From contig JAYFMW010000005.1 in NCBI GenBank assembly GCA_042408215.1, positions 160,001-224,000 of the forward strand: a stretch of DNA of 64,000 nt, written 5' to 3'. This document shows, piece by piece, positions 19,970 through 30,895 of this stretch. Numbering within the stretch: position 1 is the first letter of the stretch; every line of letters starts with the position of its first letter. The position numbers and the translations under genes are program-made. Source of the stretch: Microcoleus sp. (GTDB lineage: Bacteria; Cyanobacteriota; Cyanobacteriia; Cyanobacteriales; Microcoleaceae). The notes under the pieces are model-generated. The model had not been told where the DNA came from and did not search any database. It saw only the letters and a program-made list of their open reading frames with translations.

Positions 19970-22072
19970 TTAAGCTGTCGCTAAACCGCTGTGCTTTAAT
20001 AAAGCTTGAGTGCTCGGTTCTCGTCCCCGGAAAGTTTTAAACACTTCCATCGGGTGCAAACTCCCGCCCAATCCTAACACTGTATCTCGGAATCGCTGAC
20101 CTGTAGATGCGATCGCACTTTCATCTTCCAAACCCGCTTCCTCAAACGCGGCAAAAGCATCAGCGCTGAGCACTTCCGCCCATTTATAACTGTAATAACC
20201 AGCAGCGTAACCGCCTGCAAAAATATGCCCGAAAGCACACAACAATGCGTCTTCTTTCAGAGGAGGTAAAACCGTCGTAGTTTTCGCAATCCGATTGCGG
20301 ACATCGGCCACAGTTTCGCTACCTCCCGACTGATAGCGGTGGTGCAATTCGATGTCAACACTGCTCAAATACACTTGTCTGAGCATGGCGCTACCACTCA
20401 TATAATGACGCGCTGCTAGCAGTTTTTGGTAATAGTGTTCTGGCAAAGTTTCCCCGGTTTCGTAATGCTTTGCCATCCCGAACAAAGTGGCGCGATCGTA
20501 ACACCAATTTTCCATAAATTGACTGGGCAATTCCACTGCATCCCACTCAACATTATTGATGCCAGATGCCCCCGGATAGTCTACGTTTGTCAGCATATGC
20601 TGCAAGCCGTGACCGAATTCGTGAAACAAAGTTTCTACTTCCAAAAAAGTCATTAAACTCGGTTTACCGTCAACTGGCGGACTTTGATTGCACACCAAAT
20701 ATGCTATCGGTAAGCGCGTTGTGGTTGTTCCCGCTTGCACAAATTTAGCGCGCACCACGCACTCGTCCATCCAAGCACCGCCACGCTTTTCACCGGGGCG
20801 GCTGTAAGGATCTAAATAGAAATAGGCGATCGCATTTCCGGCTTCATCATCTATTTGGAAATAGCGCAGGTCTTCGTGCCAAACTGGAGCTTGACCGTCC
20901 GCAGCAGTTACTGTGATGCCGAACAGCCGCTTGACTAATCCAAATAACCCCTCTAATACCTGCGGCAAAGCAAAATAAGGACGCAATTCTTCAGCACTAA
21001 AAGCAAACTTTGATTCCCGTTGCCGTTCCGACCAAAAACCGACATCCCAGTGCTTAAAATCCTCAGCTTCCGGTGCGCCTTTTTCGGCAGCAAAAGCTTT
21101 CAATTCTGCTAAATCTTTGACAGCAGCGTCATAACTCGCGAGGCGCAATTCTTCTAACAAAGCCTCGACTGCTTCAACGTTGGGAGCCATTTTGCTAGCC
21201 AAGCTTAATTCCGCATAACTGAAGAAGCCAAGCAAAGCAGCTTTTTCCTGGCGCAGTGCTAAAATGCGATCGGTCAATGGCCAGTTATTTAACTCACCGC
21301 TAGAAGCACGACTGATAAAAGCTTTGTACAGTTGTTCGCGCAACTCGCGGCGAGTGCTATGCTGCATGAAAGGGCCGTAACTTGGGAAGTCTAAAGTGAT
21401 CCGCCAAGGCCCGTTTTCGGCCGAAGCATTTTCTGCACCGGCGGCGCGAGCTGCTTGGGCTGCTAAACTTAACAAACTTGGGGGTAAACCATCAATGTCT
21501 GCTTGGTTTGTCAGAGTAAGACTAAAGGCTTTGGTAGCATCAAGAACGTGATTAGAAAACTTGGTAGTAATTTCGGCCAGTTCTAATTGAATCGCATTGA
21601 AACGATCTTTTTGCTCGCCTTCCAAACCAACGCCGGAAAGTTGGGCATCTCGAATAGCTGCTTCTACAATTCGCTTTTGAGCTGATTCTAATTCATCCCA
21701 ATTTTCGCTGGCCCGCAGTGCTTTAAAAGCTTCGTAAAATGGTTTACTTTGATTGAGCTTGTTCGCAAATTGTACTACTTGCGGCTGTACTGTTTCGTGG
21801 GCCGATCGCAATTCCGGGCTATTTTTCACACCCATCAAATGTCCGACAATGCTCCAAGTCCAAGTTAAACGCTCTCCGAGGAGCTGGAGAGGTTCTACTA
21901 ACTCACTCCAAGTCGGCTTGACAGAGGCTTCTAAGACCGCTAGCTCTGTCTCTAGTGCCACCAAAAGTTGGGTAACAGCGGGGACTACGTGTTCGGGTGC
22001 GATCGCGTCAAATGGAGGCAATCCTTGACCAATCAGTAACGGGTTATCAGTAATAGTGGCAGTTGCAGTCAT
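19970..22072 (-). CDS. prlC: Oligopeptidase A (M3 peptidase)
   Basis: FHEFGHGLQH, VELPSQ and HIFAGGYAAGYYSY motifs. Confidence 0.96.
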   Translation of the reverse strand: MTATATITDNPLLIGQGLPPFDAIAPEHVVPAVTQLLVALETELAVLEASVKPTWSELVEPLQLLGERLTWTWSIVGHLMGVKNSPELRSAHETVQPQVVQFANKLNQSKPFYEAFKALRASENWDELESAQKRIVEAAIRDAQLSGVGLEGEQKDRFNAIQLELAEITTKFSNHVLDATKAFSLTLTNQADIDGLPPSLLSLAAQAARAAGAENASAENGPWRITLDFPSYGPFMQHSTRRELREQLYKAFISRASSGELNNWPLTDRILALRQEKAALLGFFSYAELSLASKMAPNVEAVEALLEELRLASYDAAVKDLAELKAFAAEKGAPEAEDFKHWDVGFWSERQRESKFAFSAEELRPYFALPQVLEGLFGLVKRLFGITVTAADGQAPVWHEDLRYFQIDDEAGNAIAYFYLDPYSRPGEKRGGAWMDECVVRAKFVQAGTTTTRLPIAYLVCNQSPPVDGKPSLMTFLEVETLFHEFGHGLQHMLTNVDYPGASGINNVEWDAVELPSQFMENWCYDRATLFGMAKHYETGETLPEHYYQKLLAARHYMSGSAMLRQVYLSSVDIELHHRYQSGGSETVADVRNRIAKTTTVLPPLKEDALLCAFGHIFAGGYAAGYYSYKWAEVLSADAFAAFEEAGLEDESAIASTGQRFRDTVLGLGGSLHPMEVFKTFRGREPSTQALLKHSGLATA

Positions 22073-22161
22073 TTAATTTTCTTGTAACAGGTTGAAAACA
22101 GGTGAACTAGACAGGTTAGCTTTTAATCTTTTAACACAGTTGTCGAAAAACTTGGGAGTAA

Positions 22162-22214
22162 GTAGGGACACGGCATTGCCGTGTCCCTACTTGGAAGCAA
22201 TGCCGTGTCCCTAC
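22162..22214. repeat. GTAG-type REP palindrome GTAGGGACACGGCATTGCCGTGTCCCTAC plus a partial copy
   Basis: Near-perfect hairpin. Other GTAG REP types at ~24870-24930, 32488-32548, 38571-38634, 60341-60400 and 60570-60631. Confidence 0.8.
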
Positions 22215-22399
22215 GGGGATCGCTCTCAGGTTTACTTCATAAACTTGCAATCTGCTATAATATCCTACACTCATTGGGATGCTCCCAAAAAGTTGGATTC
22301 GTGAGGGCGAGAGTCGGAGAGTGTCTGAATGTCTGAGCCGGAAAATCTTCCTTCTGACTGATGACTAATGACTGATGACTAATGACTAATGACTAATGA

Positions 22400-23242
22400 C
22401 TAATGACTACTCTCTTGTGTATGCTCCAACTGCTTCAGCACCGTGATTAAGCGCTTGAGGTGAGGTTTGACAACTTGTTGCTGCTCCTGCTCCAAACGGT
22501 GGATTTGAGCCTGCACCACGGACAAATCTGGGGTCGATTGGTTCTGTTGAGCCTGCACTTGAGTTTGGAGATTGGCTATTACTTTCTGGATTTCCAAAAA
22601 TCTATTATTTACCCCTTCCCAGTCATCTTGAGTAATCGTAGTTTCTGCCAATTGTTGCATCGCGATTTGCAGTTGCTCGATGGCTTGTTCAACAGATTCT
22701 AAGTTTGTCGGCTGCGCCACCGATAAATCTTGTAGTTGTTCCTTCACCTGCTGGCGGATATCAATTACAGCAGATGCGACGATTTCTTGCAAAGAAGCTA
22801 CTGACTGTCCCAAACTCAGCAACTGCTGCTCAATTGCGACGCTCGACGACGAGTCAAAGCTTTGATTCCGGGAGAGTGTAGCCATTTGCTGGCTCAGCGA
22901 TGCAATATCTGCTGACAACTGCTTGCGGAGTTTAACAATTACCGTCACTGCGGTTTTCTCGACTTTATTTACAGATTTTTGTACTTGGGTAATTTCGGAG
23001 TTTTGATACACCCGCACTTGCTGCTCGAATCGGTATCGGTTAGCAACGTTGAGCGATAAAGCTAAAGTTAGGGGAGCCACTCCGTAAAAAGCTTGACCCG
23101 AAACTGCTACGGCGAGGGAACCGACACCAGAGGCTGCGAGGGACGCATACTCTGCGAATTCCAGCCAGTGTCTTTGAGGAAAAGTTGGCCTCAAGTGGTT
23201 GGTAGCTGAGGGGTTTGGCTGGCGTATGGCTCTTTGGGTCAT
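22400..23242 (-). CDS. Hypothetical coiled-coil protein with N-terminal hydrophobic hairpin
   Basis: WLE.AEYASL...G......PLTLALSLN.ANR followed by Q-rich heptads; start uncertain. Confidence 0.7.
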   Translation of the reverse strand: MTQRAIRQPNPSATNHLRPTFPQRHWLEFAEYASLAASGVGSLAVAVSGQAFYGVAPLTLALSLNVANRYRFEQQVRVYQNSEITQVQKSVNKVEKTAVTVIVKLRKQLSADIASLSQQMATLSRNQSFDSSSSVAIEQQLLSLGQSVASLQEIVASAVIDIRQQVKEQLQDLSVAQPTNLESVEQAIEQLQIAMQQLAETTITQDDWEGVNNRFLEIQKVIANLQTQVQAQQNQSTPDLSVVQAQIHRLEQEQQQVVKPHLKRLITVLKQLEHTQESSH

Positions 23243-23890
23243 GGTATCTTCCCGTTGTTGGTAAGGTTGCGATAATTGCTGGAGCATTGCTTCTATCCTT
23301 TTTTTTAACTTATGTGTTTTTGATAACTGGCTGCTACTCTGAGTATTTTGAAGTATGAAAGTATACAACAGGCTGTAGAAAAACTCTGCCAAATGCGGAG
23401 CGCCCGTGCGATCGGCTCTCAAGAAGCCAACTGCATAATATGATGTATCTGGCAGTTTGTGCCGCTCGTCCCCAATTCGGGCTATTTTAAGAGTTACTCC
23501 CACACGCACCCTATTTTACAGGAGTTAGCGCTCTGAGGGTTAGGGCGATCGACTATAGCTTTAGTGGCAAAGCAATCGCCGCCTAATTTCCTCGATTTAA
23601 TTGGCCTGTCCCAAATTTACTGCAAAGCTTGACAAATGAATTCAGAAAAACCCGGAATTGGCGATCGGCTCAAGTCTATTTTCAGTATCGCACTCTTTGT
23701 GATTCTGGTAGTGGGAGTCGGCTTTTTAAGCATCAATTTTATTTTAGCTATTTCTGCAAAATTTTCTTAAAATTAGGACTTAGCACGGGTGCTCAGAAAC
23801 CGGGTTTTTTGCGAAAATATTTCGTGATAGCCACAGATTCGGTAAAAAACCCGGTTTCTTTAGCAAGGTCGAAAGTAACTTATAATAATT

Positions 23891-24325
23891 TCAACTGTAA
23901 AGATTGTGGTCGGGGTCTAGCCAGACAATATAAAAAACATTTTCACTAAAGAATCCATGCACCCTGCCGTATTCATTAGCAGATATTTGAAACTGGTAGG
24001 GAACATTTACTAGGATATCTTCATTGGGAATCCCGAAGCCATTAGGCTCAGTTGTATCTTTCCAAACTATACCATGACAGCGCAGACTTTTACTCTGATT
24101 ATTGATAACTTCTTGAGCGTTCAATTGTGACAAATCGCGCAGCCTTCTCAAGAGAGATGCTAGATATCTAGAATCTCGACCGCTCAGGGAAAATTTATCT
24201 TTGTCATCCTGATAATACCTGAAAGAAAAACTAATTCCTTCGGGGATTTTTACATCTAGACGCTTGATGCTAGATAAAGATTGCTGGCGGCGTATATCTG
24301 CTTTTTTAATTTTATTCGATGACAC
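23891..24325 (-). CDS. Putative toxin (RelE-like / MAG6450-like) partner of the Panacea antitoxin
   Basis: Overlaps the Panacea gene; ISFSFRY, LRCH.I, GRVHGF and FYIVWLDPDH motifs. Confidence 0.6.
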   Translation of the reverse strand: MSSNKIKKADIRRQQSLSSIKRLDVKIPEGISFSFRYYQDDKDKFSLSGRDSRYLASLLRRLRDLSQLNAQEVINNQSKSLRCHGIVWKDTTEPNGFGIPNEDILVNVPYQFQISANEYGRVHGFFSENVFYIVWLDPDHNLYS

Positions 24326-24782
24326 GGCTTTTGTAAAATTCTCTCATTGATTCCTTCGTAATAATAGCATGAGAAGGTTCATCTTTTGGCAATTCGCCTC
24401 TAGCCTTAATCCAAGGGTCTTCGCGGCGCACCATCAATTCTAACTCATAAGCATCGCAAAAGAAATACTCGTCGGCTAACTCGTCTAAAAACTCTTGTAC
24501 TTCTTTGGTAAATTCTGGTTTTTCGACTTCTTTGAGAATTGGCTTAAACCCAAATTGTTCTTTGTATTCGTAAAATAAAGCCGGGATAGTCGGCCCGTGC
24601 ACCCAAGCTTCAAAATCCTCATCAAAAAGCGGTGTATCCTCAAAGGCTAAATACCATGCTTGGGCATAGTACAAGAGTTTTTGTAGCTTGTGGTTGCTGA
24701 GGTAGGAACCTACGTCATTGGCGAACCAGATGTAGTAATCCGCGAGTTTGGAGGCTGTTGTCACTGTAGTTATTGTGGTCAT
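24312..24782 (-). CDS. Panacea (DUF4065/SocA-like) antitoxin
   Basis: KLQKLLYYAQ, FEAWVHGP and E.PW..AR motifs. Confidence 0.9.
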   Translation of the reverse strand: MTTITTVTTASKLADYYIWFANDVGSYLSNHKLQKLLYYAQAWYLAFEDTPLFDEDFEAWVHGPTIPALFYEYKEQFGFKPILKEVEKPEFTKEVQEFLDELADEYFFCDAYELELMVRREDPWIKARGELPKDEPSHAIITKESMREFYKSRVIE

Positions 24783-24946
24783 CTAACTCGACTCAATAAG
24801 TTTTGTATTCTATGATAGCACAGGGCGATTTTGGTTATAACTGAGATATTACACAATTCTCAACTAGCTGTAGGGGCGGGTTCACCAGCAACCTTAAACG
24901 GTGCAAACAGGTTAAATAAACCCGCCCCCACCCACAAAAAAGCCCC

Positions 24947-25113
24947 TTATACCAATTTTTTATGAGGCTGCATAGAATCCGATCCCCCCTAACCCCCTTA
25001 ATAAGGGGAGTAGAGGAGTAGGGGGTGTGGGACAAGAACGTACTCAAAGTCCCCCTTATTAAGGGGGATTTAGGGGGATCTGGATATGTGCAACTTGACA
25101 TTAAATTGGTATT
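24947..25113. mobile_element. MITE-like element with ATACCAATT...AATTGGTAT ends
   Basis: Inverted ends around the same GATCCCCCCT/CCCCCTT.TTAAGGGGG core. Confidence 0.6.
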
Positions 25114-25137
25114 ATTGATATTGGTGTAATATCTCAG

Positions 25138-26509
25138 TTACAACTCTTTGATATACTGCTTCAGTACAGGTGGCAAAGTGTAAAAGTTTTCTAGTTTTTC
25201 GATCAAGCAGCGCCGCGATAGAGATTGCAATGCGTTTAGCAAATCTGATGATGATATTTGTCCATTTTGTAGCAATTTGGCGAAGTTGAGTGGCTGGTTT
25301 TCTGTCGCCAACAATGACATGACTTGTTTTTCTAGTTCGGAAGTGCGATCGAACTGCTCATCTAAAACATCCTTCAAATCTTCCGGCAACAATATGGTAT
25401 CATCTATTAATAACTCAGTCGCGCCGATTCCCAACTCTTGCATCAAAGTCGCCACGCTTTTTAACCAAAAGGGATTTCCTTGGTAGCGGTGAATGAGTGC
25501 TTCGCAGTCGTCGGTTTCTGCTAATCCTTTATCTCTGAGAATTTCCCGTGCGGCTGCGGTGTCTAAACCAGTGAGTTGTAAGGTACGAATGGGAGTATTT
25601 TCGCTGGTGAGTTGAGGAACTTCTTTCGGTGGTTCCCAACCGATTAGCAGAAAGCAACTTTGATGGGATAATTTTTCTATTTGTTTGAATAGGGAGCGAT
25701 ATTCTTCGTAATCTGGTTTATACTTTCCTGCCAATTCTCCGCTAGAAAAAAGGTTGTGAACGTCATCTAAGACTACTAAACAACGATGGTTTTGTAAATA
25801 CTTAATCAGCGGTAAGCGTTTCTGGTTGGTTGGGGATGAATCAGGGTTTTCTGACTGGGAAAACAACTGTCTTAGGTTAGATTGAAATTTATCTATGGTG
25901 GGGAATTCGTCTAGAGTGTACCAAACTGCGTACTCAAACTCGTTTTTGATTTGTTTTACGAGTTGTACTGCTAGGGATGTTTTGCCGATGCCGCTGATTC
26001 CGGTGAGGGCTGATGAGGCGGCAGTTTTGTTGTAGAATCCATGTGGTGAGGGTTTGGAGTTCGTGGGTGCGATCGAAGAAATTACCCAATTCCGGCATTT
26101 CGCTTAAATCTTGATGCGAAGTTTTAGTTTGTTTTGAGTTAGCTGTTTCCTGATTTGGTGGGTGTGAGTTGGGTATATCTGGTGGGTGTCTACCTTCTCC
26201 ACAGATATTGAAACTACCGCTCACGTTATGTGCAAAGTTTAAAACATTAGAGTTTTGCAACCTCTCTATTGCCGATCGCAAATTTGATTTACTAACATCT
26301 TCTCCTAACTCTTCTGAAAGTATTTCCCATAATTCTGCTCCCACTTTCCGAACACTACTTTCCGAACAGTCAAAGTCTTTGGCTATGTGCTTGTATGTTT
26401 CACGTTCGAGAGTGCCTTTGAGTACCGCTGCTTGTAAATCGTCAAGGTGTTGACCAGTTTTCTCGAAGACTATCTTATTGGCGAGGTTTAAAGCTTCTTT
26501 TAGGTTCAT
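25138..26509 (-). CDS. wHTH + NB-ARC/STAND NTPase without C-terminal repeats (single frameshift at ~26012)
   Basis: Removing one base joins the two ORFs into RLIALTGISGIGKT (Walker A); LVVLDD (Walker B); YQGNP; N-terminal wHTH. Confidence 0.85.
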
Positions 26510-26716
26510 TGGGAAGAGAGAGATGAGTTTTTTGTATTATAGCTCACATTCAGGAACAATTTAGTACATTTATCTACATTTTTGTACAAAACTAGATTAA
26601 AGAGGTGGAAATGGCTGACAAGCCGCTCACAAAATTGAACATTTTTGGGCTAGACAAATCTTTGTTTTGTAAGGACAATAGTATAAACATTCAAGAAGCT
26701 AATACTCAAGACTGCA

Positions 26717-27091
26717 ATGAATACATTACAAAAGAGAGTTGCTTTACCTGACATTGGTGAAGTGTCTCCTATCTCAGATAAAGACAGAGCTTGCTTCAAT
26801 GAAATCCGGGAGGTTCTTCTGCGATATAATAACCTTGATCGCCTTGGAATTTGCTTATTGCATGACCATTTTTCAATTTATGACGATGAGGTTTTACTAG
26901 AAGTTTGCGATCGAGAAAATCGCACACTAACAATACAACCAGTGAAGCGGACGCACCCAGATTTAGATAACTCTATTGGTACACAATATCGATTAGATGT
27001 TGAGGAAACAGAGCAATTTACTTTAGGATGCAAACTCGAGTGCAAAAGAGGTCAAGATAATAAACATTACGGTTACAAAGAACATTTTTAA
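26717..27091 (+). CDS. Hypothetical protein divergent from the STAND gene
   Basis: 124 aa; LPDI.EV.P....D..CF.EIR.VL and LLH.HF patterns. Confidence 0.7.
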   Translation: MNTLQKRVALPDIGEVSPISDKDRACFNEIREVLLRYNNLDRLGICLLHDHFSIYDDEVLLEVCDRENRTLTIQPVKRTHPDLDNSIGTQYRLDVEETEQFTLGCKLECKRGQDNKHYGYKEHF

Positions 27092-27338
27092 ATGTTAACG
27101 TCTTAATTTCACCTACAAAGTGCGATCGCCCTTACTTAGAGGTTGGGTTGAAGCAAGGAAACCCAACCTCTTTTTCCGCTCAGAATCTTATCTATTTCTA
27201 CCATTTTCATGCCACGCTTGTACAGATAGCGATGGCCTACGGCACGCTTCACGAAAGCGCCTCATATTAACTTTTAGTTCCACTCACAAATATTTATCAG
27301 CTTTTAGTTTCACTTAGGCAGCAAACTTGGGAGATAAG

Positions 27339-27800
27339 ATGACTGAGAATCGAAAGCCAGAAAAAGCAAAAGATTTCGTCGAAAAGTTCCTGCAAATATC
27401 AGGTAAGGTCTTTGAAGTTCTTGGGAAAATCATCAAATGGTGGTTCTGGATCTCAATGTTTTTAGTTGGAGTAATATTTTGGCTTCTTGACCTTTGGTTA
27501 GGTGATGGTCGTAATCCTATCCCTGCTCCTTGGGACAATAAGCAACCTGAATTTGATCCAAATCAGTTCCGACAAGAGTTTCCAAACATCAAAGTCAAAG
27601 ACGTGAAAGAGTTTCAAGAAAAACTAGAGCAACTGGAGCGACAAGATAGGTTGGACTCTAAGCAAAAAGATGTTGTTCGGAAACTTCGGCAGTTTGATGG
27701 CTCGAAATATGACAGTCGGCTGCGAGATGTTTTTGAGGACGATGAGCTAGAGGAACTCATACTGCTCATTCTGATTCTTCTTGGAGTGGAGATAAGCTGA
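27339..27800 (+). CDS. Hypothetical membrane protein, translationally coupled to the AHH gene
   Basis: One TM segment; TGATG stop/start overlap at 27798-27802. Confidence 0.65.
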   Translation: MTENRKPEKAKDFVEKFLQISGKVFEVLGKIIKWWFWISMFLVGVIFWLLDLWLGDGRNPIPAPWDNKQPEFDPNQFRQEFPNIKVKDVKEFQEKLEQLERQDRLDSKQKDVVRKLRQFDGSKYDSRLRDVFEDDELEELILLILILLGVEIS

Positions 27801-28411
27801 TGTCAGGCAATCTTTATTTTGATGATTTTCGGATTCCACCGGATTCTCCGCTACTTAGATATCTTGATATTAAGCCAGGAAGCTACGACGCTAAGTGGGA
27901 TGCTTCATCAGCAACATTATTGCTGAAAAAAAAATTAGGAAAAAAAATAACTACCTTAAATATCACTTTTGAACAGTTGAATATGATTCTTATGACTGTT
28001 CAATCACAGCGAGACAAATTTACTGCTGAAGACCTCGAAATAATAGAGCAGATAAAACGAAAAAAAAGTCCTTCGGTAGCGAAGGACTATGAAAGCCACC
28101 ATATAATTCCTATCGAGATTTGTGAGCGTAGTCTATTAGTGATCAGAGCAAAAAAATTTGCTTTTGACGAAGATAAAGATCCAAATAGAATCACTCTTCC
28201 CGTCACTTTTCATAGGGGTTCGCACCCAAGATACTCGGATTTTGTACAAGGTATTCTCGAAGATGAGTGGGCAGATTTGATTAAAGATGAGGCAGAAAAT
28301 GATCGCGAATCTGTTCTGAAAATCCTGTATGGGGCAATTGGCTATTTTAAAGATAAATTAAGGGAAATGAGCAAAAAAGGGCTATGCAAAATCAACCAAA
28401 TGTTTATGTAA
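27800..28411 (+). CDS. AHH-family (HNH/EndoVII fold) nuclease domain protein
   Basis: ESHHIIP...NRITLP..FHRGSHPRY. Confidence 0.75.
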   Translation: MSGNLYFDDFRIPPDSPLLRYLDIKPGSYDAKWDASSATLLLKKKLGKKITTLNITFEQLNMILMTVQSQRDKFTAEDLEIIEQIKRKKSPSVAKDYESHHIIPIEICERSLLVIRAKKFAFDEDKDPNRITLPVTFHRGSHPRYSDFVQGILEDEWADLIKDEAENDRESVLKILYGAIGYFKDKLREMSKKGLCKINQMFM

Positions 28412-28613
28412 AAGCCAACAGGCTAACAATTCTGTTGCAGTGGACTAGCAAGAATAATCGGTGTTTTGGCAAGATATCGCGCCCATAACGCATAAAGATC
28501 GATCGCCCTTTCTTGTTTCTGATGACCGATCGCCTAAAATCAAAGAGCGATCGCCCCATAACGAATAAAGTGCGATCGCCTTTTCTTGTTTCTGATGAGC
28601 GATCGCCTAATAA

Positions 28614-29054
28614 TCATCGCTCCGTCTCTGGCATTTCTCCATCAACAACAACCAACTCCACACCACAGCGAATTGCCGCTTCCGCCAAGCGAGTATCCAG
28701 TGTTGCGATCGGCAATTCCAATCGTATTGCTAACTCTAAATAAGCTGCATCATAAGCAGCTAAACCTTCTTGTCTTCCTAGTACCAGAGTTGACGAAAGT
28801 GCGTTGCTATCCGTAGCTTCATCCACCTGAATTAAAAGTGATTGTAACAAAGCAATAGCCATCTCAGATTGCTCAGTCGTCATGCGGTTGCGTCGCTCAG
28901 CAACTAGGATAGTATTAGCAACTTCTAGCGACCAAATGCCTGGTACAAATGCTTCGCAATCTGGCATCATCGCGAGTATAGCATTGGCATAATCGTTATC
29001 TTCATCGACTAAGCACCAACTAATGGCTACAGAACAATCCAATACAAACTGCAT
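28614..29054 (-). CDS. vapC: VapC/PIN toxin
   Basis: FVLDCS, W.LEVAN, YDAAYLELA and ATLD motifs. Confidence 0.92.
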   Translation of the reverse strand: MQFVLDCSVAISWCLVDEDNDYANAILAMMPDCEAFVPGIWSLEVANTILVAERRNRMTTEQSEMAIALLQSLLIQVDEATDSNALSSTLVLGRQEGLAAYDAAYLELAIRLELPIATLDTRLAEAAIRCGVELVVVDGEMPETER

Positions 29055-29326
29055 TAAAACCTGCGCCCTTCTTCTATCATTTCACGGATTGAGCTTTGAG
29101 CCAAAGCAATTTCTTTCCGCAGTTGTAGCATTCTAGCAATTGCTGCTTGAATTGATTTTTTAGTAGTCACCTTTCCCCAAGCGTTATACTTCGGTTTAAC
29201 TTCCTCAGATGGTAGATGCTGTACAACTACTACCACTTCAACAGAAGTATCTTTAAACTCAGCGGGCATTTGGAGAAGCAATATGCCATCTGTTCCAATA
29301 TGCGATCGCAGTTTCATTGTTTCCAT
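29054..29326 (-). CDS. Antitoxin-like protein upstream of vapC (copy 1)
   Basis: Coupled to vapC; ends SIREMIEEGRRF. Confidence 0.75.
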   Translation of the reverse strand: METMKLRSHIGTDGILLLQMPAEFKDTSVEVVVVVQHLPSEEVKPKYNAWGKVTTKKSIQAAIARMLQLRKEIALAQSSIREMIEEGRRF

Positions 29327-29538
29327 GCAAGACTCCAGAAACTTCGAGCAATTCTACTTTACCTCAAAGCTGTTCACCTTTGCCAGTATCTTGACCGATC
29401 GCATAGGTGCTATTGAATGGTTGCGCGATCGCCCTTCACAGCAAATACCAAACAGTGCGATGATTGTACAAGTTGCGCGTGCGTAGCTATCCCGTAGGGA
29501 ATCGCCCTTCGCACCAAATACCTTCTGGCTGCAATTAC

Positions 29539-30895
29539 CAAAATTTTGGGTCTAAAGCCCCGTCCTTCTAGGACGGCTTTAATTTCTATAAAGTGTAAAC
29601 AATTATTAAATATATGCACTTTGCGAATACAATGCTCTGCAAAGGCAATAGAATAATAGCATGATTGTACTAGAGTTCAAGTTAAAAGGTAAAGCGCAGC
29701 AGTATCGGGTCATAGACGAAATGCTCCGCACAGCGCAATTTGTCCGAAACAAAACTCTTAGACACTGGATCGATAATCAAGTAGTTAAGTTAGTTGAGCT
29801 ATACAAACAATGCGCTATCATGGCGAAAGAGTTTGAATGGGCGGGTAAACTTAACTCAACGGCACGTCAAGCTTCGGCTGAACGGGCCATTTTTGCTATT
29901 CAACGTTTTTTCTCGAATTGCCAAGCTAAAAAACCAGGGAAAAAAGGATACCCACAGTTTAAGAAACACACCCGTTCAGTAGAGTACAAACAGTCAGGTT
30001 GGGCGCTTTCTAACGACAAAAGATGCTTGACGTTTAAAGACGGCTTCGCTGCGGGAAAATTCAAGTTACTCGGTAGTCGAGACTTGCACTTTTATGCGCC
30101 TGGTGAAATCAAACGAATCAGAGTAATCCGTCGTGCCGATGGCTACTACGCTCAGTTTTGTATCAACGTAGAACGGACAGAGGAAACAATTCCTACTGGC
30201 AAAGCCGTAGGGTTGGACGTGGGTTTAAACCATTTCTATACCGATAGTACCGGGGCAACAGTTCCAAATCCTCGACACCTCCATAAAAGTGAAAAAGCTT
30301 TAAAGCGGTCGCAGAAAAGGGTTTCCAGAAAAAAGAAAGGTTCTGGCAATCGTAAAAAAGCTATCAATAAGTTAGGAAGAAAACACTTGAAAGTCAGTAG
30401 GCAACGCAAAGACTTCGCCATCAAGACGGCGTTGTGCGTAGTGAAATCTAACGATTTTGTAGCCTACGAAAACCTTCAGGTAAAAAATATGGTGAAAAAC
30501 CATAAGCTTGCTAAATCAATCAGTGATGCAGCGTGGTCGCAGTTTGCTCAATGGTTGCAATACTTTGGAAAAGTGTACGGTAAAACGGTAATTGCTGTTG
30601 CTCCTCAGTACAGTTCCCAAGATTGTTCAAGTTGTGGGAATCTAGTTAAGAAATCGCTGTCGATCAGAACCCATATTTGCAGTTGCGGTACGATACTAGA
30701 CCGCGACCATAACGCAGCTCTGAATATTCTGGCAAAAGGATTGAAAGCCCGTGCAGGAATTAATCTAAATACGGTGGGGCACACCGGAATTAACGCTTGG
30801 GGACAGAACGACCTCTACTCGTTGGTGGTGACATCAACGGGCAAGCCGACTGATTGAACCAAGAATCCTCGTGCCTGATAGCCGAGGAGTGTCAA
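29539..30895 (+). mobile_element. IS200/IS605-group TnpB-only (IS1341-like) element
   Basis: Follows TTAC (29535-29538); left-end hairpin AAAGCCCCGTCCTTCTAGGACGGCTTT; right-end hairpin ending TGTCAA. Confidence 0.88.
29661..30857 (+). CDS. tnpB: RNA-guided endonuclease TnpB
   Basis: RuvC residues GLDVG, AYENL and DRDHNAA, plus a Zn ribbon. Confidence 0.95.
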   Translation: MIVLEFKLKGKAQQYRVIDEMLRTAQFVRNKTLRHWIDNQVVKLVELYKQCAIMAKEFEWAGKLNSTARQASAERAIFAIQRFFSNCQAKKPGKKGYPQFKKHTRSVEYKQSGWALSNDKRCLTFKDGFAAGKFKLLGSRDLHFYAPGEIKRIRVIRRADGYYAQFCINVERTEETIPTGKAVGLDVGLNHFYTDSTGATVPNPRHLHKSEKALKRSQKRVSRKKKGSGNRKKAINKLGRKHLKVSRQRKDFAIKTALCVVKSNDFVAYENLQVKNMVKNHKLAKSISDAAWSQFAQWLQYFGKVYGKTVIAVAPQYSSQDCSSCGNLVKKSLSIRTHICSCGTILDRDHNAALNILAKGLKARAGINLNTVGHTGINAWGQNDLYSLVVTSTGKPTD

